Source: Peribolospora baueri (lineage: Eukaryota). From it: DNA of 64,000 nt. Shown in pieces: positions 28,111 through 40,700 of this stretch. The stretch covers positions 620,001 to 684,000 of the forward strand of contig JAMDHS010000001.1 in the NCBI GenBank assembly GCA_029717555.1. The letters are read 5' to 3'. The position numbers were made by a program, and so were the translations under genes. The notes under the pieces were generated by a model. The model searched no databases and was not told the origin of the DNA. It saw nothing but the letters and a program-made list of their open reading frames with translations. Position 1 is the stretch's first letter. Every line of letters starts with the position of its first letter.

Positions 28111-29501
28111 GTTCGACGTACGACGTCCCGTCTCCACCTGACCCGGCCGGGAGGACCTTGGTGTCATCATCAGCAGCCAGCAGTGTCTTGTGTTCTATCT
28201 CTCCGTCCAGCGACGACGATTGAAGAACTGACGGGCGTCACCCCGCTTTCCGAATCAGACGAGACGAGACGAGACGAGATAGATAAGCGGGAATACCGAG
28301 CCGGGGGCGCTTTGCTTCCCTTCCTTCTCTCCTCTCTCTGCCTCTTGTTTAGCAGCTACGCCATCCTATCCTGTCGGCGTCGATCCGACGGCGACCGGAA
28401 CGAGTTGCCGCCTACGCCTAGCACGCCCCGCATCACCGCCAGCGGCAGAAAAGAAACGCACGTTGACATCGACAGAAGGAAACATGCACTCAAGGGACGA
28501 TACTCGCACACACACACACGCCTCGGCCGTTCGCGTTCGTCGATAGTTTTCATTTCTTTCAAATAGAAACAGACGAGACGTCTGCCGCGAGCGGGGAGAG
28601 AGAGAGAGGAGCGAAGGAGGGAGGGAGGAGGGCAAGGAAACAGAACGGAAAGGAAAGACGGACAGACAAACAGACAGACAGACAGACGGGCAGTCGAGTG
28701 ACAGGCACACACGCACGCACGAACGACGATGACGAACGGACGAACGAACAACGGACGACAGACCAAACGATCGAGACGCGAGACGGAAAGGAAACGGAAG
28801 GAAGGAAGGTAGGGAGGAGGGAGGGAACTGGAGAGGAGACGACGAGCCGGACCGAAAGCGAGGGCTAACTATGTATGTACCACACCACACCGACTCGCCC
28901 CATCGATGACAACGCAGCCCTCGTTCGACAGCCAAGCGGCAGGGAAGGAAGGAAGGGGCAGATGGGTGAAGAAGTGAACATGGGCAAAGAGTCGAGTCGA
29001 CCCGAGTTCATCATGTAGAAAATGGATGGAGGTGGGCTAGCTAGATCATGAAAGCGACAGACAGCACGACGACGGCGACGGGGCAGCCGGCTGCTTGGGG
29101 TGATCAGCGGACAACGTTAAGCTAAGGTAAGGTAGGACAGAGAGAGGGGGAGAGAGAGAGCAATCGTCAAGGAGAGGAAGGGAGCGGGAAGGGGAAAGGC
29201 GGACCAGGGCAAAGAAGATGCTTTTTGAGCGGACAGGCCAGGTTGGCCGCAAAAAGATAAAACGGCGGGCATCGGAAGACCACAAACCGACGTCCATAAA
29301 AGAAAAAAAGAAAGAAAGAAAAGAAAAGAAAAGAAAAGATCGAATCGACGACGGGAGAGCTGCAAGGACGGATGCGGAGACCGGGGACGTTGGAGCAGGT
29401 AGAGGTACGAGGCAGGTAGGGAGGGAAAGGACGGAGCAGCGCGAACAGCAGCAGACGAACTGACATGCCCCTCCGAGCGAGTCGCTCGTCTAGCGATGAC
29501 A

Positions 29502-32500
29502 TCACGCCTTGGACGCCGACACTCCTTCACCACCGCCGCCCTCGGTGCCCGCCGCCAAGCCCTCTGCTGCCGCGCCCCCTGTGCGGAGGGCAGGCACGTT
29601 CCAACCCTCGTTCTGGACGTGGCTGTACTCGCTCCCGCTTCCATCCCCCTCACCTCCAGGCCCCGTGCTGCCCCCCCCGAGACCATACGCGTCCGTTTCG
29701 CCCGCCAGTCGGTCTCGCTCCCACTTGTCGAGCTCCGAAGTCTGCGAAGGGAACGGAGTGTTCGGCATCCGTCAGAAGACTGCAACAAAAGGAACACGCC
29801 AACGCGACGACGTCCGACCCGAGGCAAAACTTACGATGGATCCGTAAGCCATAGAGTCTCGCGCAACTTCGTGGCCCTCGGAGACGCCGCCGCCGTGAGA
29901 GGTTTCCATCTTTCCCAGCAGCAGATGGAACTGAGAGGAGCAGAGATGAGCGCGATCAAAAACATCAAGACATCGAAACGAGTCAGCCCTTCCGCTCAGC
30001 GCCGTCGCCGTCGCCGTCGCCCGGACTCACTTTCTCTTCCAGCTCGTTGATGCGCTGAGACAAGGTCGCGTTCTCCGACTTGAGCTGCTCGTTGTTGTTT
30101 TGAGCAAGGATGAGCTCCCTCTCCACGCCGTCCTGACCGGTGCGCGGGTTCTTGACGCGACCGGAGCCGCCGGTGCCGCGGAGGGCGGTGCTAAGCTCGG
30201 TGTTGAGGTGCTCGTTGAGCACGAGCGTCTCCTGCAGCTCCTGGCGCGAGTTGGCCAAGCCGGACGTGAGCCGTTTGACCTCTGCCTCGAGGTCGCCGAC
30301 GCGACGCGACGAGCTGGACCGCTCGTCGTCCAGATCCGCATGGGCGTCCTGCAGCGCCCGGCGCTCGCTCATCAGCGTCTGCACTCGCTTCTCCATTTCC
30401 CGGTTCTCCACCGTCAGCTCGTCGTTCTGAGCAGAGATCTCCGTGAGACGGGTCCGCAAGGCCTCAATGTCCCTCGCCGCTTCGCTCGCCGCCTCGGCGC
30501 CCGTCAACGTCCGGTCCCGATTCTGGTGCGCCGCCGTGACCTCGGCCTGCAGATTGGCGTTTTCTTTCTTGTACTTTGTCAGCTCGTCCTTCATCCTTCG
30601 AAGCATCTTCTCCGTACCCTTGACAAACTGTACCGCCGTCTGGTAGTCGTTCTCCAGCTGCGCCAGGCGCTCCTTGTAACTCGCCGTGCTCTCGTTGAGC
30701 TGCTGCTCAGCCGCCTCGGCGCGAGCCTCGGCGGAGCGAACGGCCTCCGCATCGACGGAAGCGCGGTTGGAGCGCGAGGAGCGCTTGGAACGGAGGTGGT
30801 CGAGCTCGCGGCCCATCTCGTCCACCCGACTCTCCGCGTCCTGGAGGTCCTTGGCGCGCTGGTCCAGCTCGTTTTCGAGCTCGCGGATGCGCTTGTCGGC
30901 GTAACCGGACTTTGCGCTCAGTTGCTCGTCGTCCGGGATGGTGATCCCGCGGTCGGCCATAAAGTTCCTGAGCAAGCTCGATTTGACCTCGGCGGCTTCG
31001 ACGGCGCGGCTCTTCTCCTTGGCCTCCTTGTCGGCATGTGCCTGGGCCTCCTTGAGCCGGCCCACCTCCTGGAGCGAGATGGCAAGCTGAGAGCGCATGG
31101 CCGCGAGCTCGGATCGCAAACCGGCCTGCTGCTTCTCGAGATCCGCGTTCTTGACTTTGAGGTCGGCCAGCGACTGGTGCGCCTCATCCGCAGCGGAGCG
31201 CGCTTGGGCGTGGAGGTCACGAAGCGAGCTCGACTCGTCCTCGAGGGCTCGCAGCTTCTCAACGACGTGCGGCGCGTCCGCAGGATCGCCCCGATTGGCA
31301 TCGCTCTCCCTCTTGGCGGCCAAGATGTCGGCCAAACCGCCCATGGCGGCCGTGCGCATCGACTCGGTCTCCTTCCTGTGCTCCTCGTAGAGCGACTCCA
31401 GGTCCACGATCCTGTGCTGAGCCGACGTGGCGGTGCGTTTGACGCTCTCAATCTCGATGGTGAGCTGGACGTTGGCGTCCTCCACCTCGGCCAGCCTCTC
31501 CTTGGTGCGCTGGTACAACCGCTCCGTCTCCGACGCTCGACTGTTGGCAGCCAGTAACGCGGACTGGACCTGCTCGAGGGTGACGAGATGCTGGTCGAGG
31601 CTCTTCTTGGTCTCCTCGAGCTGCGACTTTGCGTGCCCGTGCTCCGCCCGTGCCTGTTGGTTCACGCTCGTGAGCTGTGTGATCTGCGCTGCGTGCTCGC
31701 GAAGCTTGCTCTCGTTGCCCAGATGGTGGGAGTACAACTCGGCGTACTCCCCCGAAGCCTTGAGCTGGGCCTCCTCGGCCATCCTGACTCGCTTCGTCGT
31801 CTCCGCAAGGCGTTCTTCGGCCGATTTGCGGAGCTCGCGCTCGGTGTGCGTCTGGCCGCGCAGCTCGGCGACCTTGCGCTCAAGGAAGGACACCTCGTTC
31901 AGAGCGTCGGTCAAGCGGCCCTCAATCATCGACGAGCGCTCGCGCTCCAGACGAGAGACGTCCGCCGATGACCCCGCCTCGAGCGCGGCCACCTTGGCGC
32001 GGTAGAAGGCCGCCTCCTGCAATGCGACGGTCCGAGCCTTTTCGGCATCGGCGACGCGATCGGACTCGCCTTTGGCCTGTCGTGCGATGACCGCCTGGGA
32101 CCAGGTAATAAAAGTGAGGGAGGAATCACACGCGAGGCGGGCGAGGGAGAAATCGCCATCAGCGTACAGACCGATAGCCACGTCAAAGGAGAACGGAGAC
32201 GGAGTGAGGAGACGAGACGAGACGAGAGAACGAAAGCAAGCCTGCAACGCACCTTGGCCTGCCCCAACTGTCCCTTGAGCATCATGAGCGCCTCCACCAC
32301 CTTTCTCTTCTCCCCGCCACTCTCGGTACCAACGTCTCTGACCGCCTCCATCGGATCCTCCGCCTGGTTTGTGTTCGAGCCCGCGCGGTCGGCCAACAAC
32401 TCTGCAGCGCTGAGACCGCTGAAATGGTGGAGGCCGTCGGGCGCGTTCGATGGCGGCACGAAACCCTTCATGGCGGCCACCGCCAGCGCGGCCTTGAGCC

Positions 32501-35210
32501 AGGCCTCTCGCTTGCGGAGAGCCTCGACGTCCGCAGGGCCGCTTCCAGCTCCGGCAACGACACCGTTGGCGGTCGAGGCCATGGATGAGAAACCGTTTTG
32601 TGTTGCAGTGGGGCTCCGAGCGCCGTAGTAGAAGCCGTCGGCGGGTGCAGCAGCACCGACGATGTCGTTGGGTGACGCACTTCGTCCATTCGCACGACCC
32701 AGTTGCTGCGACGAACTGGCATTAGACGTCGGCGAGAACTGTGACGGCGACACCCCACCCGCTCCGTTGGCGCCGCGCTGCATCGCCTCGATAGACCGCT
32801 GAGAACGAAGACTGGGCTGACCGGGCCCGGCTATCGGTGGAGACATGGCTCGCATAGGCAGGCCCGACGGGACCACGCCAGCTCCCTGGCTGAGCTGTTG
32901 CTGTAGACCCTGAGCGGCGGCGCGCTGTGCCTGGATATGGCCCTGCGTCGGGCTCATGCTCCTCTCTGGGCCAAGCACTGACTGCGACTCGGCTTCGCCG
33001 ACGGTCTGCCTAAAGCGAGGGTCGGCGGTCTCGAAAGCGGCGTCACCCTCGCGGCGAGGCCGCTGCGGCGGTCCACCAACGGTGCCGCGCTTGGCCTTGC
33101 CATCCTGCTGACCGACGACCTGCTGCTGCTGTTGCTGCTGTTGAGGATTCCAGCCCGGTTGTCCCGGGGGACTGCCAGGGCCTTGCAAGACCTGGCTCAT
33201 CAAGCCGTTCACAGGCTGGCCGGCTTGACGATGCGTCGGAGAGGCTGCGCGCTGGTTGGCCATCTCATCGCCCACGGGAGACGTTGCGCGCTGAATGGCC
33301 GGCGGGGACACGTTGGGTGGAGAGCCGGCGCTGCCGACGGGAGGAGACGAGGCGCCAGCACCAGGGACGGAGGACTGCCGGGCCCTATTGGCGCTTCTGT
33401 TATCCGCAGGATACTTGATCTTGGCTGAAAGGAGCGATCATCGCCGCGAGTCAGTCATCGTCGCCAACGCACCCGCCGCCCCTTAAATCTCAAGCACGAC
33501 GCACCAGTGTCGAGGACATGCACGAGCGTAGGATCGTCCGGCTTGGCGCCGGTGTACGACTCTCCGCCGAGGACGACGACCTTGCCGTTGATGGCGGCCA
33601 ACGAATGTCCAGAGCGACCGGAAGGGGAAGGGCCCATGTTGGCGAACATGTACCAACGTTGGTCTGCGGCGCGAGTGGAAAGGAGGGACGCCAAAGACGT
33701 TCAGTCGTTCGTTCACATGGCTTTAGTATGCGCAGAAAGCGGAAACAAGAAGAGCCGAGCGACGCGACGCGACGTGGCCGCACACTCACTGGAGATTTTG
33801 AAACTCGCCAAATCACCCAAGTCCTTGCCGTCGACACCTCTGCCACCGAAGACGTACATGACGTCGTCGACGAGGCAAGCCGAGTGACCCTCTCTGGGAA
33901 CGGGGATGTACCCGATGCAAGAGAGCTCCTTCCACTGATTGGTGGGCACGTCGAAGCACCACGTGTCATTGTAGTGGTACTGCCCGTCGGTGCCGCCAAA
34001 GATGAGGATCTTGTCCTTGTACGTCACGCTGGCGTGTCCCGTTCGCTTGGGAGGAACGTCGCTGCTGGCCGGCTTGACGAGCTCCCAGGTGGGCTTGCCT
34101 TTCACTGGTCGCGAGCGAACCCGGTCCACCGCAGCACATGCACGAAAGGCGAGCATGATCAGCATGCGTGACCACCACCAAGACGGGCCAACGATCACAG
34201 TGGCTATGCCGTCGCGACTCACGAGTGTTCAGGTCGAAACTCCACAGGTCGTCGAGGAAAGTACCGTTGACCTGTCCACCGAAGACGTAGAACCGGCTGC
34301 CGACGATGCTGACCGTGTGACCGTATCGGCCGACAGGAGCAAGGCCACCAGCGGACGGGGTCGATTCCATAGAGCCGCCGGGGACACGCACTCGAGTCCA
34401 TTCTCGCGTGCTGAGATTCAAAAGGTACAGCCCCTCATCCTGCGGGTCCTCCGGTCTGACAGTGGTGTCGCCGCCCCACAAGATGAGCACGTTGCTCACG
34501 AGCACCGTCTTGTGTCCGACACGCGGCGGCGGGATGTCGCCGGTGGTTTGCAAAAGCGTCGCGTTGAGGCCATTGGGGGCAGAGACGGGCATGCCTCCGG
34601 GACCCTGCACGGGGTTGGGGTTATTGATGCCGATGGTATCCAGAACGTAGATGTCGTTCTTGACGCTCTCCCGGACGAGACCGCCGAAGAGGTAGACTTC
34701 GCCGCTGGCTGACGCCATGGCGTTGACAGCGTGGCCGTATCGGGGGAAGGGGTTTGGCGAGAGAGGCACGTTGGGATTGCGGTTCGCCGGCGCGGTGAGC
34801 AAGGACGGCGGGTTCATGGAGATCCGACGCTGAGACCACGGATAGACGATATTTGTTGAGACGGTATTTGGTGGCCGACTGGCTGGCGGCTGATCGTTCA
34901 CTCCAGGGGGGATGCCGCCTAGCTGCGGGATTCGCGCGGCGTCGACGCTTGGACCGGGCGGCCCCGGCGGTCCGGCGTACTGTAGCTGCTGTCCTATCTG
35001 CGACGGCGGCGAGGACACCCCGCCGGGCGGCCCTCGAAGCATGCCGGAGCCGGCGGGTGCGGGCCCTCCGGGGGAACCAGGTCCAGTGGTGGAGGCGACG
35101 CTACCGGTCGTCGAGTGTGCGCTTCCGGCACCGGTCGAGGAGCCGGAAGCGGCAGCAGCAGCGGCCTTTTCAGCGGCCCTGTCGGCCTTGGACCGACCGA
35201 AGATGGCCAT
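29502..35210 (-). CDS. KEL1: Cell-polarity kelch-repeat + coiled-coil protein (Tea1/Kel1/Kel2 family)
   Basis: YPWSQRR, then kelch repeats (PFPRYGHA..YLFGGL, PPPRVGH..ILWGGD, VGRYGH..YVFGGQ, PKRTGH..IFGGTD, PREGH..YVFGGR, SGRSGH..VLGGES), a Gln/Pro-rich linker and ~750 aa of coiled coil including QLENDYQTAVQFVKGTEKMLRRMKDEL. Confidence 0.88.
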
Positions 35211-35617
35211 GGTGGGAGGAGGGAAGGAGGAAGGAGAAGGACGCCCGGGAAAGACAAGGGCGTCTGTGTGCGGGTGGAGTAGAGAGCGAGTCGCGCACGG
35301 GCGAAGGAAGGACGCGGAAAGGAGAAGAGAGAGAAGAGCGTGAAGGGGTTCGTGACGGAAGGCGAAGGAAGGGAGGAAGAGGGAGAAGAAGAAGAAGGGG
35401 CGAGGAGGATGGGCGGAGATGCGTGAAGACAAGGCCAGCACAGCAAGCAAGAGTCGGCCTGACGCGTTGAGTGGAGCGCAGCCAAGTGCCGCCAAGTGCC
35501 GCCGGTGGTGAGCGGAAACGGAAGAGAGAGAGGGGGGGAGAGGGAGGCTGTTGAAGGAGAGGTGCGGGGGAAAGGAGAGTGGAGAGGGAGGGGTATGTCG
35601 ACGGTGGACGCCTGGGG

Positions 35618-35650
35618 GGTGGTGGTGGTGGTGGTGGTGGTGGTGGTGGT
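35618..35650. repeat. (GGT)11 trinucleotide repeat upstream of the kelch gene
   Basis: Directly visible. Confidence 0.9.
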
Positions 35651-36317
35651 GTTGGTGGCCGTGGCCGTCGTCGACGGTGGTGAGTGAGCCAGTGAGTGAC
35701 TGCACAGACAGACGCCCGGCGGGCTTTCGCTCGGCTGGCTTAGCGCGGGTGGGGGTGTTGGATGAGAACTCCCGCGAGGCGTACTCTAGCTAGCGCGCGA
35801 CAACCCTATTTTCCTCGTCCGCCTTCCCTGCGCGTGGCCCACGTGGCGAGCTAGAGGGCCACAAGACGAGCGACGTCCTGGCGCCGCCCTTCGGTGGAGC
35901 AGGCGGGCGCTCACTCGCTTCTCGATCCATGCCCACCTGTGCATACGCGTTGAGAGCCAGAGAAGTGTGGAGCACGTGACCCATCTTGTCTCGTTGTCCT
36001 CGCGCTCGCATTTCGCACCCAAATGAACGCCTGCCTTCTCGCTCGCAACCACGGAGAACGGACGGAACGTGTGCGAGCGCCGCTCGACAGGTTCAAGCTC
36101 TCTTCCTTCGCCCTTGCGTCGCCGAGTGACGGACCGCCCAGGTCAGGCCGATCAAGCGCGGCGATAGGCAAGGCAGGCAGGCAGGCAGGTAGGCTCTCTG
36201 CGTACGTCACAGTCTGACTAGTCAGTCCGTACGACGCCCGAAACGCATTCGTCCACACTCGCAACGGCGTCTGTCTGCCCTGCCCTTAGATGGGAGAGCG
36301 GTCGCCACTCTTCTTCC

Positions 36318-36351
36318 CTTGTCTTGTCTTGTCTTGTCTTGTCTTGTCTTG
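36318..36351. repeat. (GTCTT)n pentanucleotide repeat
   Basis: 6+ perfect units. Confidence 0.9.
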
Positions 36352-36488
36352 CGCCACGTCAAAAGCGCACGAATGCGGCTCTCGAACGCCACGCCACGCG
36401 CGGCAGACGGACAGGACAGGACAGGCAGGCTTGGCGGGAAGCAAAGAGCAGGAAAGGAAGAGCAAGTTTTCCTATTCCTATTCCTATC

Positions 36489-36680
36489 TTGCCGAAAAAA
36501 CGAAGGGCTTCTTCCGTCATTTGCACTGGCTGGCTGGCTGGCTGACTGGACGAGCGGCCGTGTCCTATATGTCTATCACTCACTCACTGCGAGACGACGA
36601 ATCGGAGTGAAATACCAGTCGGGAACGATGATGTGCAAAGCCCAACCAAAGGCCAAAGGCCAAAAGAAAACTGGCTGGCG
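36489..36680 (+). repeat. Diverged ~200 bp direct repeat, copy 1
   Basis: Colinear blocks shared with 37471-37686: ccgaaaaaacgaagggctt, tttgcactggctggctgg, ggacgag, tctatcactc, gagacgacgaatcg, agtgaaatacc, agtcgggaacga, gatgatgtgcaaa, caaaagaaaa. Confidence 0.9.
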
Positions 36681-37412
36681 GCGTACGAGCACTACATCGC
36701 GCGGGTTATTATTATGCTCCAGGGGTGGACCTGTCTGTCTGTCTGCCTGTCTGTCTGTCTGTATGTATATGGATGGACCCGGGAGGGAAGGCCACGGCAC
36801 GCCACACCACACCCTACGAAACGACACGAAACGGAACGGACCGGCTACTCTGCTCATATCGTATCATATCATACCATATGCCGGCGGCGTCAAGAGAGGG
36901 AAGGCCCGCCGATGAGCCTGCGTGCGTGCCTACCGACCTGCCTAGCTGCGTGCCTGCCTTTCTTCCTTCGTTCACCACATCTTCACTCCTCCTCCCAAGC
37001 CCCGGCACCTCACCTCGCAAACTCACTACTGGCCTGGCCTGGCCTCCTCCTCCTGTAATAGACGTCCCGTGCCGAAGCGAGTTTTCATCGCTGCCTTGCG
37101 GAAGAGGAGAAGTTGACCTCGCTTTGCCCGAGACGATACGACCAAAGAAGGAAGGAAGGAAGAAAGAAAGAAGGAAGAGGTCCAGAACAGCCGCCGGGCC
37201 GATACATTCGGATTACGGAAAATACAATTGAGAGAAGCACGAGAGAGAGAGCGAGAGCGAGGTTGGAATAGAGACAAGACGAGGAAACGCGAGAGAAAGA
37301 GATGGACTGGGAAAGGGAGCGTGCGAGAACGAGAGATGACGAGAAGGGAAGGAAAGGAAAGGAAAGGGTAGGTGTGGTGCGGAGGTACAAAAAGGGTATG
37401 CAAGAGGTAGAT

Positions 37413-37440
37413 AAAAAAAAAAAAAAAAAAAAAAAAAAAA
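37413..37440 (+). repeat. A28 homopolymer
   Basis: Directly visible, about 30 bp before repeat copy 2. Confidence 0.95.
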
Positions 37441-37470
37441 CGTCCTAGCTGGCATTCGCGCCAAACGAAT

Positions 37471-37686
37471 TTGCCCGAAAAAAACGAAGGGCTTCCTTCC
37501 GTCGTTTGCACTGGCTGGCTGGTTGGCTGGACGAGTGGCCGGTGTCCAATCTATCTATCTATCACTCGCTCACTTGCTCGGGAGAGACGACGAATCGCAG
37601 TGAAATACCCAGTCGGGAACGAACGATGATGTGCAAAAGCCAAACCAAAGTCCAAATCCAAAGCCCCAAAAGAAAAACGGGCGGCT
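37471..37686 (+). repeat. Diverged ~200 bp direct repeat, copy 2
   Basis: See copy 1. Ends about 55 bp from the stop codon of the NRPS-like gene, in its likely 3' UTR. Confidence 0.9.
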
Positions 37687-37742
37687 AGAGAAGTAAACGA
37701 ACAGGCGGAATGAGAGAGACAAGAAGCGGCGCCGGCGCCGGC

Positions 37743-40700
37743 TCAGGAGTACGTCGTCTGCCGGGTCATCGGGTAGCCTGTCGGCTTTCTTCGCTGTCGG
37801 AGCTGACGCGCGGGCCTGTCAAAGGGGAAGACGGTTCGATTCAGTCATCCGTCTGTCCATCAGTCAACCATCAATCAGGCAGACAGGCAAATAGGCAGGC
37901 ACCCTCCGCCCACTCACCATCCAACATACGTCGCGCCTTCCTCTGCAATCTCTCCAGACGCGACAAGGGTATGCTCAAGGAGCATCGAATCCGGCTCCAT
38001 CGACGCTCCCGACAACAGACGCGACCCGGACCGAAGAGCGCAACCGTCCCCGATGCGAAGCTTGTTCAGGCTAAACTTGCCTCTCGAGTTGATGTGGGCT
38101 ACGACAGAGCAATCGTCGATCGATACTCGGTCGCCCAGCTCGACTAGCTCCGGTTCGGTGAAGTAGAGCGACGGCTTGCCGCTCGCCCACAACGCGCAAT
38201 CTTTGCCAATCTTGGCGCCCATCAGGCGGAAGAACCAGACGATATAGGCCGAGCCGGTCATCGCGCCGAGCGTACCCCCATTTCCGTGGCCCTTCATGAG
38301 GATGGTGGAGAGGACGAGGTGGAGTTGCCATCGCTGGCAGTACGAGCTCCTGTCCCAGTCGTACCGACCCTCCTGTCTTCGACCGATGACGATCCACTTC
38401 GTCACCACGACCCAGGCCATGGCGACGAGCGACTGGACGGACATGACGACGACAAAGGAGCCAAAGATGATGCCGTACAAAATGCCAAACCGATACCAGC
38501 GAGGCCCAAAGACAAAGGCGAACCATGGGTGTCGCATGCCGGACGCGCGGACGTTCTCGAGCACCTGCACGGCGCACACGCCGGCGGAGGACCAGAAGAG
38601 GGACGAGAAGGCGCCCATGAGCACGTTGATCAAGACGATGATGGCGTAAGGGATGACGAAAAAATTCGCCTGACGACGGTAAAAGGCGCGACCGAACGGG
38701 GTGATCGTCTCGTCCTCTCCGCCGCCGTAGCTGTAGGCGTCCTTGTTCACCGGCGTCTTGCCAAACGACACCGCCTCGCCGTTCTTGCTGCCCATCCACA
38801 CGCTCCCATCCTCGTAGTACCCGTTCCGCCTCGACAGCGCCCCGGATCCCATGACGGCCTGACGACCGACGGTCGTGCCGGGCATGAGCACCACCCGGTC
38901 CGCGATCATGGCCCCGCGCCCGATCTTGACTTTGGCGCTGCCGATGCTGTCCGTGGTGAACACCTCGGACCGGGACCCAAACACCACGTCATCTCCCACC
39001 TCCAACAGCTCCGGATCCGGGCAGTAGATCCCGCTTCCGGGCCAGTAGACGCGCTTGCCCACTTTGGCTCCCAGGGCGCGGTAGACGACCGAGGTCATCT
39101 CGTAGTGCGTGCCGAGGATCTTGAACGCCCGCTTGAGCTCGGCCTGACCGGTGAGCTGGGCGTTGATCCAGCGTCGGAGGAGGGACCACTGGCCCTGGTT
39201 GCGCATCGAGGCCTCGGTGTTGAGGCCCATTAAACGCTTGACGATCACGCCTAGCACGAGTTGCAAAAGCGGCGGACCGAGCGAGCGCGAGACTCTGGCG
39301 ATGTAATGCCACATGATACGCTTCGGGTAGGCGAACCATTCGATGATTTGCTGCACCGGGTCGATGCGGCCGATGTGGAAGGGCGTGGAGAGGAGGCCGA
39401 ACAGGGCGGCGTACCAAGGCAAGTAGCTGATGAATTTGATGAGCGTGACGATGGGAAAGCCGATGAACGCGACCATGGCCGGGTGCGGGCCGGGCACGTT
39501 GCCGCGGTTACAGGCCGCGAAGCCGTCCGGCAAGGGGCGGTCGTACGAGCTGGCTTGGGGACCGTAGACGGCGCCGTCGTCGAGAACGGCGCCGGGTGCG
39601 ATCTGGGTGTACGTGTTGACGACGCAGTCGCGACCGATGACGATGGGCTCGAGGCGGAAGTAGCCGTCTCGTTCGACGCAGAAGCCACGGACGAGGGCCT
39701 TGTCGATCCGGCAGCCGTCGTGGAGGGTGAGCAGGTCGTACTCGCCGAGCCGTGCCTGCTTGTCGATCTTGACGTCCTTGCCGACGTTGGCGCCGAGCAT
39801 GCGGATGTAGAGCTTTTCGAGAGCGGGGTGCATGGAGAAGATGCCTCGGCCGGCGGTGCGGAGGGACTGGTTAACGATCCACCACCGGAGGTGGTAGCCG
39901 GACCACATCCGGTACTTGCCCGGCCTCGTCTTTCCCAGAACGATCCACTTGAACACGATGGCGGTTAGCGGACTGATGACGCGGGACGTGACGCGGGCGA
40001 TGATCATGGAGGCCAGCAGGCACCCAACGCGCTCCCAGAAGACGTCGTGGATGAGGAGGGAAAACTGGGAGAGGGCGTGGAGGAGGATATTCCACGTCCA
40101 GGCCGCCTTGGCGGGGTAGAAGAGGAGCAAGGGGAGGATCTGGACGAAGAGGGCGAGAAAGCGAGTCTGACTCGGCCGTCGTCCCGAGCGGTCCTCGTCG
40201 ACGAGCGTCTCCGAGTCGTCCTCGATGACGTACTCGTTGTCGCGGCCCATCAGGCCTCTGCCGCCGCTGCCGGAGCCCTTTTCGTCGGCGCCGGCCATCA
40301 AGAGGCCCATGTCGAGGCCCTCTTCGGCCTCGATGAGGCGGGCGATGCCTTCGATGGTGCTGTTGTTGAACAGGGTGGCCACCTCTAGCGTCACGCCGGT
40401 CTCCTTGCGGATAAAGTGGACGAGGCGACCGAGGAGGAGCGAGTTGCCTCCGAGGAGGAAAAAGTCGCTTTCGCTCGTGATCGTGCCGGCGTCCATGTCG
40501 AGGACGTTGGCCACAATGTCGCGCACGACCAGGCTCTTGGAGCTCATCGCGGCCGTGTTCTTCTTGCGCATGTCCTCCTCCATGGCGTCAAAGTCGTAGG
40601 AGCCGTCGGCCTTGCGGAGCAGGTCCGAGGTAAAGACGTGGAGCGGGGAAGGGACGACGTAGCCGTGGAGACGGCGGCTGAGCGCCTCGTCGATCTCGGC

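Noticed and set aside
27451..29500. ORFs of 100-236 aa in long intergenic regions (also 14930-16030, 23000-24100, 42820-44400, 52000-53650, 58720-60500)
   Set aside because: Translations are low-complexity products of microsatellites and purine/pyrimidine tracts, with no domain motifs or coherent splice structure.
30100..32005. Long + strand ORFs (485 aa, 192 aa) opposite the kelch coiled-coil exon
   Set aside because: Antisense shadows produced by strong GC3 codon bias in the real minus-strand gene; no recognisable motifs.
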